From assembly GCA_965216835.1 (NCBI GenBank), contig OZ244210.1, positions 1,429,136-1,493,135 on the forward strand: DNA of 64,000 nt, written 5' to 3'. Source of the DNA: a bacterium. GTDB taxonomy: Bacteria; ARS69. The notes below the pieces were generated by a model. The model worked only from the letters and a program-made list of their open reading frames with translations, had not been told where the DNA came from and ran no database searches. Shown here in pieces: positions 53,409 through 62,663 of the stretch. Each line of letters starts with the position of its first letter. The stretch's first letter is position 1. Both the position numbers and the translations under genes were made by a program.

Positions 53409-55525
53409 CACGGCGCGCCCCCGGTCTCGCCCCGGATCGTCCGCCGACGTTCCCGCGACGCCTGATCCGACGGGTCCAGCTCCACCACGCGGTCGAGGTC
53501 CTGCAGCGCGCCCGAAGGATCGCCGGAGTGGTACCGTGCGAAGGCGCGGAGCCGCAGCAGCTCCGCGTCGTCGGGGTCCTTGAGGAGCGCCTCGCTCAGC
53601 GTCCGCTGCCCCTCGTCCCAGCGGCCCAGGGAGAGGTGGAAGCTGGCGATGGCCAGCAGCGCCTCCCGCCGCGTGTCGGGATCCTCGCGGGCGAGCTCCA
53701 GCCAGCGCAGGCCGATGGCCTCCTTCTTGACCGCCAGCGCGGACTGCCCGGCGTTCAGGTGGAACCAGCTTCCCTCGGCCACGCCCTCGGCGTCCAGGCG
53801 GCGGAAGAGGTCGAAGGACTCGCGGTGCCGTCCCGCCATCCCGAGCGTCGTGGCCAGCGCCACCTGGTCCTCGGCGGCGCCCGCGGACAGCTCGGCCGCT
53901 TCCCGGCGAACCGCGAGGGCCCGCTCCATCTGTCCCGTCGCCTCGTACGCCTCCGCCAGGGATCGGCGGACGCGGAACGATCCCGGAAGCTCGGGCACCG
54001 CGCGCTCCAGTTCCGTCACGGCCTCCGCGGCGCGTCCCTCCCGGAGCAGCAGGGCGCCGAGATGGTGGCGCGCCTCGCCGAACGCCGGCTGGAGCCGGAG
54101 CGCCGTCCGGAACTCGCGCTCGGCCTCCTCGTCGAGGTCGCTGCGCGCGTAGACGTTGCCGAGCTGGTAGTGCGGCTGAGAAGCGTCGGGGTGATGGATC
54201 CCCAGGAAGTCGACGTTCAGCAGCACCGCGAACAGGACGAGCAGCCCGCCGAAAGTCAGGCGCCGGGCCAGGGATACGCCCGGTCCGAGAACGGCGGCCG
54301 CGCCGCCGCCCGCGAGCACCAGGAAGGCGGGCCAGGCCGGCAACCGGTAGCGGGAGCAAACGAAGAAGAGGACGACGCCGAACGCCATCGCCAGTGCGTA
54401 GAGGCTGACGTGGATCAGCTCGCGGCGTCGCGGCCAGGCGGCGATCAGTCCGACGAACGCGAGCGGAGCCACCCACCCGAAGTCGGGGAGGGGCAGGCGC
54501 AGGAGCGCATTGCGGTCCCGCACGAAGTAGAGGTCCACGTTGTTCCGGATCTCGTATCCCTGGAGGAAGAAGTAGGTCTTCCGGATCATCCCGCCGAGGA
54601 ACGACGCTGGCCGATCCTGCAGCGCGGCGGTGAACTTCGCCCGCCAGTAGGTGTCCTGCTCGGCGGCGCTCGGCGGGTGCCCGAGCTCCCGGGCGAGGGC
54701 GGCTTCCAGATCCTCGTTGCGCCAGGAAGAGAAGCCGGGGACCGACGCGCTCATGCCGTCGGCCTCCGGATGGTTCCCGATCCAGAGGTTGAGTCCGCCC
54801 TGGGAGCTGAGCAGCACCGGCTCGCCCGAGACGACGAGGTTCCGGATCGTGATCGGGGCCACGCAGAGCGCGATCCCGGCGGCCAGCAGCCCGACGCGGC
54901 CGGCCGCGCGGCTTCGGCCGTTCACGAACACCCACGCGACGGCCGGGAGGAGCGCGACGAGGAAGTTCGCCCGGGCGACGGCTCCCAGGCCGATGAGGAT
55001 CCCCGCCGACAGCCACCGGAGGGGGCCGGAGTCGGGACGCGCTCCGTCGAGGACGCGGAGCAGCGCCGCGCCCAGGAAGAACGCCAGCGGCACGATGAGG
55101 AGCTCGCGCCCGAAGTAGAGCAGCGGCCAGGCCGCGGCGCCGAGGAGTCCCGTGGCCCAGCCCGCGGCGGGGGAGAACCGGCGGCCGGCGATCTGCGCCA
55201 GCCACGTCACCGCGAACGATCCCAGGACGGCCTGGATCGCCCGCGCGATCAGCAGGTCCGGGCCTGGTAGTGCGAACGCGGCGGCGAGGAACCAGGCGTA
55301 CAGCGGCGTGCGGAAGTAGGTGTCGTCCTCGGGGCTCATCCAGGGCGACGACTCCAGGAGACCGCGCGCCCACTCCACGAGATACTCCGCGTCCAGCATC
55401 GGCAGCTGGAACACGGGATCGTTCCGCGTGGTGGCGATCAGCGTCAGCCGGAGCCCGAGGGCGAGCGCGAAGATCGCGATCGAGGCGCCGCGGTTCAGGC
55501 CGGCGGCGGGGGTGCGCTGGGTCAA
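53408..55525 (-). CDS. Membrane glycosyltransferase (GT39/ArnT/PMT-like fold) fused to C-terminal TPR repeats; paralogue of 12389..14560
   Basis: About 705 aa from a TTG (MTQRTPAAGLNRGASIAIFALALGL). Polytopic N-terminal domain with periplasmic-loop motif like the paralogue; C-terminal TPR units (HYQLGNVYARSDLDEEAEREFRTALRLQP...). Confidence 0.7.
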   Translation of the reverse strand: MTQRTPAAGLNRGASIAIFALALGLRLTLIATTRNDPVFQLPMLDAEYLVEWARGLLESSPWMSPEDDTYFRTPLYAWFLAAAFALPGPDLLIARAIQAVLGSFAVTWLAQIAGRRFSPAAGWATGLLGAAAWPLLYFGRELLIVPLAFFLGAALLRVLDGARPDSGPLRWLSAGILIGLGAVARANFLVALLPAVAWVFVNGRSRAAGRVGLLAAGIALCVAPITIRNLVVSGEPVLLSSQGGLNLWIGNHPEADGMSASVPGFSSWRNEDLEAALARELGHPPSAAEQDTYWRAKFTAALQDRPASFLGGMIRKTYFFLQGYEIRNNVDLYFVRDRNALLRLPLPDFGWVAPLAFVGLIAAWPRRRELIHVSLYALAMAFGVVLFFVCSRYRLPAWPAFLVLAGGGAAAVLGPGVSLARRLTFGGLLVLFAVLLNVDFLGIHHPDASQPHYQLGNVYARSDLDEEAEREFRTALRLQPAFGEARHHLGALLLREGRAAEAVTELERAVPELPGSFRVRRSLAEAYEATGQMERALAVRREAAELSAGAAEDQVALATTLGMAGRHRESFDLFRRLDAEGVAEGSWFHLNAGQSALAVKKEAIGLRWLELAREDPDTRREALLAIASFHLSLGRWDEGQRTLSEALLKDPDDAELLRLRAFARYHSGDPSGALQDLDRVVELDPSDQASRERRRTIRGETGGAP

Positions 55526-55693
55526 GAAGATCGTCTCCGGGAGTGCGGGGGAATCCGACGAGGATAGGGGCCCCGTAGCGGCCGGGCAAGCGGATCGCCC
55601 GCGGTTGCCGGTCCGGGGGGGCCTTGCTATAGTCTCGCCGTTCCTGTGCGCGGGCCGCGCGTGGCGGCCTGGACCCCGGCAGAAGGTGAATCG

Positions 55694-56737
55694 ATGCGCG
55701 TGTCCTTCCGTTTCCTTGCCCTCGGCGCCTTTCTCCTCGGCCTCCTCGCGGAGCCGGTCTCGGCCGGCGTGTGGAACGTGGGAAGGAACCCGGAAGACTG
55801 CGATCCGCCTTGCAACTTCCACGACGATTCGCCCGGCGCGGAGGCGGGCGGCGGCGTGGAGCGCGCCATGTCCTCGCCGTCCGTGATCCCGGGAGACTCG
55901 GTGCGGGTGTGGCCCGGCACGTATCCCATCAAGTTCGCGATGAAGTCCGGCGTGACCCTGTTCTCCAAGGACGGTCCGGAGATCACGACTCTCGGCACGG
56001 CGTCCTCGCAGGAGCCGCTGATCCTGATGTCCGCGTGCAACGCGGCCACCGTGATCGACGGCTTCACGATCGTCTGGGACTCCCAGACCACGGGAACCGG
56101 CGGCTGCATCGCGGCGTACGTGTCGGACGCCGTCGTCAAGAACAACATCTTCCGCGACAGCCAGGCGTCGTTCGGGACCGGGATCTACATGCAGTTCTGC
56201 GACCTGCTCGTGGAGAACAACCTGTTCCTGAACAACTTCTGCGCCACGGGTGGCGGCGTCGTGGCGGTCACGGGCGGTGCGCCGGTGGTCCGCAACAACA
56301 CGTTCTACGGCTCCGATGCTCCGTTCGGGTTTGAGGGCGCGGCGTTCTTCGCCAGCGGTTCGGCGCCCGTGTTCGAGAAGAACATCGTCATGAACTCGAC
56401 GGGCGGAACCTCGGTCTTCTGCGTCGGCTCGGTGGGGGGGCAGGTGTCCTGCAACCTCTTCCATGACAACCCGCTCGGCGCCACCGGCGGGACCTGCGTG
56501 GACAGCACCGGCGCCTCCGGCAACTTCAACGCGGATCCGCTCTTCTGCAACGTCGTCGGCAGCGACTTCGGGGTGTGCCTGGACTCTCCCGCCCTGACGG
56601 GCGCCTGCGGCGTCATCGGCTACACGCCGCCCACCGGGACCTGCCCCAACTGCGGCCCCGTCTCGGCGGGCGCGGGCGTGGAGACGGTGAGCTGGGGGCG
56701 CGTGAAGGCCCAGTTCCGGCACCCGGCCGGCCGCTGA
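55694..56737 (+). CDS. Secreted right-handed parallel beta-helix repeat protein with a Cys-rich C-terminal region
   Basis: Signal peptide MRVSFRFLALGAFLLGLLAEPVSA; repetitive N/G/T/V-rich roughly 22 aa rungs (VKNNIFRDSQASFGTGIYM, VENNLFLNNFCATGGG, VRNNTFYGS...); about 10 Cys in the last 120 aa. Paralogue of 62664..63548. Confidence 0.6.
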   Translation: MRVSFRFLALGAFLLGLLAEPVSAGVWNVGRNPEDCDPPCNFHDDSPGAEAGGGVERAMSSPSVIPGDSVRVWPGTYPIKFAMKSGVTLFSKDGPEITTLGTASSQEPLILMSACNAATVIDGFTIVWDSQTTGTGGCIAAYVSDAVVKNNIFRDSQASFGTGIYMQFCDLLVENNLFLNNFCATGGGVVAVTGGAPVVRNNTFYGSDAPFGFEGAAFFASGSAPVFEKNIVMNSTGGTSVFCVGSVGGQVSCNLFHDNPLGATGGTCVDSTGASGNFNADPLFCNVVGSDFGVCLDSPALTGACGVIGYTPPTGTCPNCGPVSAGAGVETVSWGRVKAQFRHPAGR

Positions 56738-56899
56738 TCCCCCGGCGCGGATCCCCGCGCTCCTGAGGGGGCGTCCGCGGTCCGCTTCCCCTGATGTCCC
56801 CGCGGTCCCGGGCGCGCGGTCGCCTTGACACCGCTTCCCGGCGTCCCTACCCTTTTTCGGTCGCAAAATCCCGACTCGAGTCAGATCCGGAGGTCGGCC

Positions 56900-57592
56900 A
56901 TGAGCCGCAGAATGTCCCGCGTTCGCGCGGGTGTCGCATCCGTCGGTCTCGTCCTCCTGAGCGCCTGTGCCGGCACCACCACGGTGACCGGCACGGACGT
57001 TCCGGAGATCGACGAGTCCATCGATCCGGCGGAGCTGATCCAGCAGGTCCAGGAGCGCCTCCAGGCGAACCCGGACGACGCGGATGCCTGGTTCCAGCTG
57101 GGCCTGGCCTGGCAGCGCCGCGCCGATGCGTCCAGCGCCAGCGCTCCGGCCTTCCGGGATTCGGCCCGGGTGGCCTACGAGGCGCTGCTGGAGCGGGATC
57201 CGGAGAACGTGAAGGGCCTCGTGCACCACGGCCTGGTCCTGGAGGACCTCCAGCAGCCGGACGATGCCCTGTCGGCCTACAAGAAGGCCATCGCGCTGGC
57301 TCCGGACGATCCGCACGCCTACGTGAACCTCGGAGCCCTGGAGTACTTCCAGTTCAAGCGGACCTTCGAGGCCAAGGAGGCCCTGACCAAGGCGCTGGAA
57401 TTGGAACCAAACAGCCCCGATGCGCATTTCAACCTAGGAGTGCTGTTCGCGGACGCCAATCTGTTCGGGGAGGCCCGCGCCGAGTGGGAGCGGGTGGTGG
57501 AGCTGGACCCCGACGGCGCCGCCGGGCAGCTCGCTCGCGAGAATCTGGAGAGGATCGCACCCCTCCTGGAGGAGCAGGACGCCGCTCCTTGA
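56900..57592 (+). CDS. TPR-repeat lipoprotein
   Basis: Lipobox-type signal peptide (GLVLLSACAG), then TPR units (ADAWFQLGLAWQRR..., PHAYVNLGALEY..., PDAHFNLGVLFADANLFGEA...). Confidence 0.65.
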   Translation: MSRRMSRVRAGVASVGLVLLSACAGTTTVTGTDVPEIDESIDPAELIQQVQERLQANPDDADAWFQLGLAWQRRADASSASAPAFRDSARVAYEALLERDPENVKGLVHHGLVLEDLQQPDDALSAYKKAIALAPDDPHAYVNLGALEYFQFKRTFEAKEALTKALELEPNSPDAHFNLGVLFADANLFGEARAEWERVVELDPDGAAGQLARENLERIAPLLEEQDAAP

Positions 57593-57695
57593 CACGCCCC
57601 CGGGCCGACGCCAAGGTAGCGCCCGACCCACACCGCCGCCCGCCCGCTTCCCCCGGGCGGACGACGAGCCACGGACCCCGCCGGAGAGGAAGATC

Positions 57696-58913
57696 ATGAC
57701 CATCCGCACCGAAACCCGCACGGTCGTCGGACTGGCCCTCCTGCTGGGCTCTCTGACGTTCGTCCTTCCCGCGCTCGCGGACGACGCCCCGGAGATCTCG
57801 GCCGTCCCGTCCGCGTCGGAGGACGCGCCCAAGAACGAGGACGTGGCCAAGGCGCTGCACCTGGGCGATCAGTACCGCAACAGCGGCCTGCCGGACAAGG
57901 CGGCGCAGGAGTACGAGAAGGCGCTGCAGATCGATCCGGAGTACGCGCCGGCCTACGTTCGCCTCGGGTACGCGCTGCTGGAGGCGGAGGACTTCGAGAA
58001 GGCCGTGAAGATCTACCAGCGCTACGTGGACCTGGCGCCCAGGGAGTGCCAGTCGCACAGCAGCCTGGGCTTCGCCTATCTCAAGCAGGGCCTCATCGAC
58101 CAGGCCATCACCAGCTACGAGCGCGCGCTGGAGCTCTGCCCGGACAACGCCAACGCCTACATCGACCTGGGGAAGGTCTACCGCGAGGGCAAGTACGAGC
58201 TCGAGGCCATCGAGGCGTTCCGGCACGCCACGGAACTGGACGCGGACAACCTCTTCGCGTTCGAGACGCTGGCGCGCCTCTACTCGGAGCGGAAGCTGTA
58301 TCCGGAGGCCCTCACGGCCTACGAGGCGATCCTCAACCACCCGGACCTCCGCGATCCCACCAAGGGCAAGCCTGAGCCGTGGATCGCGTGGTGCCATGCA
58401 CGGGTGGCCGCGATGTACAACTGGGGCGGTGCCGATGAGAAGGCCATCCCGCACTTCGAGGCGGTGCTCGCTTCCGCCGAGGCGGACGACGACTCCCGGA
58501 CGCGCGCCATCAAGGGGCTGGCCGGTGCCTACGAGAAGAGCGGACAGACGGCCCTGGCCATCGAGCTGTACGAGGATCTGACCAAGCAGGTCACGGACCA
58601 GCCGGCGTACTTCTACCGTCTCGGGGAGCTCCTGAACGACGTCGGCCGCCACAAGGAGGCCATCGCCGTGGCCAAGCAGGGCCAGGAAGTGGATCCGGAC
58701 TGCGCGGCGCACGCCTACTGCGTGATGGGCGCGGCGTACGAGAAGCTGGGCGGCCTGCCCAACATCAAGCGCGCCGAGCGCGAGTTCAAGAAGGCGGCCC
58801 ACTGCGGCGATCCGCGGTTCGCGGAGTACGCCCGCAAGCAGGTGGAGCGGCAGCAGCAGCTCATTCGGATCGAGAACCTGAAAGCGCAGAAGGCGGCCGT
58901 CGAGGGCGGTTGA
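57696..58913 (+). CDS. Secreted TPR-repeat protein
   Basis: Signal peptide (LALLLGSLTFVLPALADD) followed by at least seven TPR-like units (AAQEYEKALQIDPEYAPAYVRLGYALLEAEDFEKAVKIYQRYVDLAP...). Confidence 0.65.
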   Translation: MTIRTETRTVVGLALLLGSLTFVLPALADDAPEISAVPSASEDAPKNEDVAKALHLGDQYRNSGLPDKAAQEYEKALQIDPEYAPAYVRLGYALLEAEDFEKAVKIYQRYVDLAPRECQSHSSLGFAYLKQGLIDQAITSYERALELCPDNANAYIDLGKVYREGKYELEAIEAFRHATELDADNLFAFETLARLYSERKLYPEALTAYEAILNHPDLRDPTKGKPEPWIAWCHARVAAMYNWGGADEKAIPHFEAVLASAEADDDSRTRAIKGLAGAYEKSGQTALAIELYEDLTKQVTDQPAYFYRLGELLNDVGRHKEAIAVAKQGQEVDPDCAAHAYCVMGAAYEKLGGLPNIKRAEREFKKAAHCGDPRFAEYARKQVERQQQLIRIENLKAQKAAVEGG

Positions 58914-58941
58914 TCCGCCGGCGCGGTCCGTCGCCTCTCGA

Positions 58942-58974
58942 GGGAGCCCGCCGCACCGGGGGCTCCCCGTTTTC
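58942..58974 (+). terminator. Candidate intrinsic terminator downstream of the TPR gene
   Basis: 8 bp GC stem GGGAGCCC...GGGCTCCC with a 10 nt loop, followed by CGTTTTCG. Confidence 0.45.
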
Positions 58975-59081
58975 GTGCGGCCTCCGTCCGGCCGCCCTTG
59001 CCGTCGTCCGCCATTCGGTTATGCTGCGTTCAACCGTGACCAGGCCCCAGTCGGGGTGTCATCCGGCACGAGGAGGGAAAG

Positions 59082-60092
59082 ATGAGTTCGGCGGATCGAG
59101 AGAACGTCGAGGAGTTCCTGCGGAACGTGTTCCGCAGTCGCGGACAGCGGCCGACGCCGAAGATCCCCATCGGTCCGATTCTGATCGGGGCCCTGGTGAT
59201 CTTCGGCGCCGCCACGTCCTTCTACACGATCGAACCGGAAGAAGTGGGCGTCGTCCTGCGGTTCGGGGAGTACGTCCGCACCACGGATCCGGGACTGCAC
59301 CTGCGCCTGCCGTTCGGGATCGAGCGGGTGCGCAAGGTGCCCGTTCAGCGGCAGCTCAAGGAGGAGTTCGGCTTCCGCACCGTCGTCGCGGGACAGCGCA
59401 GTCAGTACGCGCGGGATGCGCGCACCCGGGCGGAAGCGTTGATGCTCACCGGTGATCTCAACATCGCCGACGTGGAGTGGATCGTGCAGTACAAGGTGGT
59501 GGAGCCGGTGAAGTACCTGTTCCAGGTCCGAAACTCGCGCGAGACGTTCCGCGACATCTGCGAGGCGGTCATGCGTGGGGTCATCGGCGATCGTTCGGTG
59601 GACGAGGTGCTGACGGCGGGGCGGCAGGAGGCCGAGGACCAGGCCGTCATGCGCGTGCAGGAACTCTGCGAGCAGTACGACCTGGGCATCGACGTGCAGA
59701 TCGTTGCGCTCCAGGACGTCAACCCGCCGGAGCTGGTGAAGCCGTCGTTCAACGAGGTGAACCAGGCCGAGCAGGAGCGCGAGACGCTCATCAACCAGGC
59801 CCAGGCCGAGCTGAACCGCGAGATCCCGAAGGCTGAGGGTGAGGCCAAGGCGCTCATCGAGGCGGCGCAGGGCTACGCCATTGACCGCGTGAATCGTGCG
59901 GAAGGTGAGGCTTCGCGCTTCGTCGCACTGCATTCGGAGTACCGTCGGGCTCCGGAGGTGACGCGCCGTCGGCTCTACCTGGAGACGATGGCCGAGATCC
60001 TGCCCAAGGTGGGCAAGACCGTGATCGTCGACGAGTCGGTGGAGAGTCTTCTGCCGCTCCTCAATCTCCGTGACGCCGCGGGAGGTGAGTGA
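59082..60092 (+). CDS. hflK: FtsH protease modulator HflK (SPFH/band-7 family)
   Basis: N-terminal TM helix, SPFH domain and coiled-coil C-terminal region; paired with the overlapping hflC. Confidence 0.85.
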   Translation: MSSADRENVEEFLRNVFRSRGQRPTPKIPIGPILIGALVIFGAATSFYTIEPEEVGVVLRFGEYVRTTDPGLHLRLPFGIERVRKVPVQRQLKEEFGFRTVVAGQRSQYARDARTRAEALMLTGDLNIADVEWIVQYKVVEPVKYLFQVRNSRETFRDICEAVMRGVIGDRSVDEVLTAGRQEAEDQAVMRVQELCEQYDLGIDVQIVALQDVNPPELVKPSFNEVNQAEQERETLINQAQAELNREIPKAEGEAKALIEAAQGYAIDRVNRAEGEASRFVALHSEYRRAPEVTRRRLYLETMAEILPKVGKTVIVDESVESLLPLLNLRDAAGGE

Positions 60093-61027
60093 TGAAGGCC
60101 ACCGGTCCGCTGATCGTCATCGTCCTGCTGGCTTTCTTCGCCCTCTCCACGATCATCTACGTCGTGCCGGAGGGGGAGCAGGTCATCATCACTCAGTTCG
60201 GAAGGCCGGTGGGCGCCCCCATCTCCGATTCCGGCCTGCACTTCAAGGTTCCGCTGGTTCAGAAAGTCAACCGCTTCGAGAAACGCTGGCTGGCCTGGGA
60301 CGGCGATGCCAACCAGATGCCCACGCTGGACAAGCGCTTCATCTGGGTGGACACGTTCGCGCGCTGGCGGATCGCCGATCCGCTCCTGTTCTTCCAGCGC
60401 GTGCGTGACGAGCGCGGGGCGCAGACCCGCCTGGACGACATTCTGGACGGCGAGACTCGCAAGGCCATCGCCAACGTCAACCTCATCGAGGTGGTGCGTT
60501 CGGAGGATCGTCAGTTCGCGGTCGCCGCCGACACCATCGGCGATCAGACCGCGGAGACGGACTTCTCCATCGAGATGGGACGGGAAGCCATCCTGGAGGG
60601 GATGTTGGCCCGGGCGCAGGAGAAGACCCGGGAGTTCGGCATCGACCTGGTGGACATTCGCTTCAAGCGTCTCAACTACGTGGACGAGGTCCAGCGCTCG
60701 GTGTTCGACCGCATGATCTCGGAGCGGCAGAAGATCCGCGACAAGCTGCGTTCCGAAGGACAGGGACGGAGCGCCGAGATCCGCGGAACCAAGGAGCGTG
60801 AGCTCAAGCGGATCCGTTCGGAGGCGTACAAGGCGGCGCAGGAGATCCGCGGCGCCGCGGACTCCACGGCCACCAAGGTCTACGCCGACGCCTTCAACCG
60901 CGACGCGGAGTTCTACTCGTTCCTGCAGACCATCGAGTCGTACCGCAATACGATCGGCGAGAACGAGACGCTCGTCCTCTCCACGGACGGAGAGTTCTAC
61001 CGCTTCCTGAAGGGGACCGGTCGGTAG
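60089..61027 (+). CDS. hflC: FtsH protease modulator HflC (SPFH/band-7 family)
   Basis: N-terminal TM helix (LIVIVLLAFFALSTIIYVV), SPFH domain (VPEGEQVIITQFGRPVG...GLHFKVP). ATG overlaps the hflK stop. Confidence 0.85.
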   Translation: MMKATGPLIVIVLLAFFALSTIIYVVPEGEQVIITQFGRPVGAPISDSGLHFKVPLVQKVNRFEKRWLAWDGDANQMPTLDKRFIWVDTFARWRIADPLLFFQRVRDERGAQTRLDDILDGETRKAIANVNLIEVVRSEDRQFAVAADTIGDQTAETDFSIEMGREAILEGMLARAQEKTREFGIDLVDIRFKRLNYVDEVQRSVFDRMISERQKIRDKLRSEGQGRSAEIRGTKERELKRIRSEAYKAAQEIRGAADSTATKVYADAFNRDAEFYSFLQTIESYRNTIGENETLVLSTDGEFYRFLKGTGR

Positions 61028-61029
61028 TC

Positions 61030-62136
61030 GTGCGCACGCTGATCGCCCTCTCCGGAGGCGTCGACAGTTCGGTCGCCGCCGCGCTCCTGCGCGAGCAGGG
61101 GCACGAGCTCGTCGGGATCACCATGAAGAACTGGTGCTACGGCGAGGGGGAGGGCGACGGCCGGTCGTGTTGTTCTCTGGAATCCATCGAGGCGGCCCGT
61201 CGCGTGGCGGACCGCCTCGGCTTTCCCCACTACGTCGTGGACTTCGAACGCCCGTTCGAGACCCACGTCATCGCGCCGTTCGTCCGGGACTACCTGGAGG
61301 GACGCACGCCCAATCCGTGCGTGTCCTGCAACGCCAAGGTCCGCTTCCCGGGACTCCACGGACGGGCGAAGGCGTTCGGCTGCGACGCCTGGGCCACGGG
61401 ACACTACGCTCGCGTGGAACGCAGCGGCGAAACGCCGCGGATCCGCCGGGCGGCCGATCCGGCCAAGGACCAGAGCTACATGCTCTGGGGCGCGCCGGAC
61501 GCCACGCTGGCCACGCTGCAGCTCCCGCTGGGCGACCTGACCAAGGGCGAGGTGCGCCGGCTCGCCCGGGAGCGGGACCTGGACACGGCCGAGCGGCCGG
61601 ATTCGCAGGAGATCTGCTTCGTTCCGGACAACGACTACGGCGCGTTCCTGACGGGCCGCCCCGAGGCGGGGAACGGATCGGGGCCGGCGGAGGCGCTGAG
61701 CCCGGGCGAGATCGTCACCGCGGACGGCACCGTGGTGGGAACCCACCGGGGCGTCGCGCGTTACACGATCGGGCAGCGAAAGGGCCTCGGGATCTCGCTC
61801 GGTCAACCGGCCTTCGTGGTGGCGCTGGACGCCGCCCGGAACCGGGTGGTCGTCGGATCGGCCGGGGAGCTCCGGAGCACGTCGGCGGAGCTCCGGGCCG
61901 TGAAGTGGCCGCAGGACCGACCCTCGCGCGAGATCCGGGTGAGCGTCCAGCTTCGCTCGCGGCACACGGCCGCCCCCGCCCGCGTCCGACGCGGGGAGGG
62001 CGACGTCGCCCGGGTGGAGTTCGACGAGCCGCAACGCGCGGTCACCCCCGGACAGTCCGCGGTGTTCTACGACGGCGACATCGTCGTCGGCGGAGGAATC
62101 GTGGCGGATCCGGTTTCGGCATCGATCGAGGGTTGA
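61030..62136 (+). CDS. mnmA: tRNA-specific 2-thiouridylase MnmA
   Basis: PP-loop SGGVDSS, catalytic Cys region (NPCVSCN), and DQSYML motif. GTG start 2 nt after hflC. Confidence 0.9.
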   Translation: MRTLIALSGGVDSSVAAALLREQGHELVGITMKNWCYGEGEGDGRSCCSLESIEAARRVADRLGFPHYVVDFERPFETHVIAPFVRDYLEGRTPNPCVSCNAKVRFPGLHGRAKAFGCDAWATGHYARVERSGETPRIRRAADPAKDQSYMLWGAPDATLATLQLPLGDLTKGEVRRLARERDLDTAERPDSQEICFVPDNDYGAFLTGRPEAGNGSGPAEALSPGEIVTADGTVVGTHRGVARYTIGQRKGLGISLGQPAFVVALDAARNRVVVGSAGELRSTSAELRAVKWPQDRPSREIRVSVQLRSRHTAAPARVRRGEGDVARVEFDEPQRAVTPGQSAVFYDGDIVVGGGIVADPVSASIEG

Positions 62137-62173
62137 CACCCCCCGGGGGGTCCGTACACTCAGTCGGTCCGGA

Positions 62174-62261
62174 GGAGGGATGGCCGAGTGGTTGAAGGCG
62201 ACGGTCTTGAAAACCGTTGAGCCGCAAGGCTCCGTGGGTTCGAATCCTACTCCCTCCGCCA
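62174..62261 (+). tRNA. tRNA-Ser (anticodon TGA), class II with long variable arm
   Basis: 88 nt: acceptor GGAGGGA/TCCCTCC, anticodon loop CTTGAAA, extended variable arm, encoded CCA. Confidence 0.85.
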
Positions 62262-62298
62262 CCGCTTCGGCGGCGGAGGGCGGAGGTTCCCACGGCTC

Positions 62299-62390
62299 CC
62301 CGGATCCCGGAGAGGTGCGAGAGTGGCTGAATCGGGCCGCCTGCTAAGCGGTTGGGGAGAGAAATCTTCCTCGAGGGTTCGAATCCCTCC
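62299..62390 (+). tRNA. tRNA-Ser (anticodon GCT), class II with long variable arm
   Basis: 92 nt: acceptor GGAGAGG/CCTCTCC, anticodon loop CTGCTAA, long variable arm, encoded CCA. Confidence 0.85.
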
Positions 62391-62407
62391 CTCTCCGCCA
62401 CATCTCG

Positions 62408-62484
62408 AGGTTGTTTCGCGCCCATAGCTCAATCGGATAGAGCGTTTGGCTACGGACCAAAAGGTTGGGGGTTCGAGTCCTCCT
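62408..62484 (+). tRNA. tRNA-Arg (anticodon ACG)
   Basis: 77 nt: acceptor GCGCCCA/TGGGCGC, anticodon loop CTACGGA, T-loop TTCGAGT, encoded CCA. Confidence 0.85.
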
Positions 62485-62663
62485 GGGCGCGCCAACCTGA
62501 AGCCGTGCGGGGCCCCGCGATGCGGACGCCCCGTACCGGCTTCCCAGCGACCCGCCCCGCACGTCGTCCCGCGGGCGGATCGTTCACCCGCCGTCGCGCG
62601 CAGAGTCCCGTCCGCTCCCCCCGGAGCCGGCCGGATCGGCGCGGGGCCGCAAGGAGATGGGGA

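Noticed and set aside
53408-57427. Upstream parts of the 1339 aa and 1170 aa minus-strand ORFs (55526..57427 and 53409..55589)
   Set aside because: Only the C-terminal parts correspond to recognisable proteins (GT39-TPR, PabB). The upstream parts run antisense through the beta-helix and TPR genes and are stop-free read-through.
62352-62663. ORF-track start for the second beta-helix protein at 62352
   Set aside because: It would read through the tRNA-Ser(GCT) and tRNA-Arg genes. The internal ATG at 62664 has an RBS and yields a clean signal peptide.
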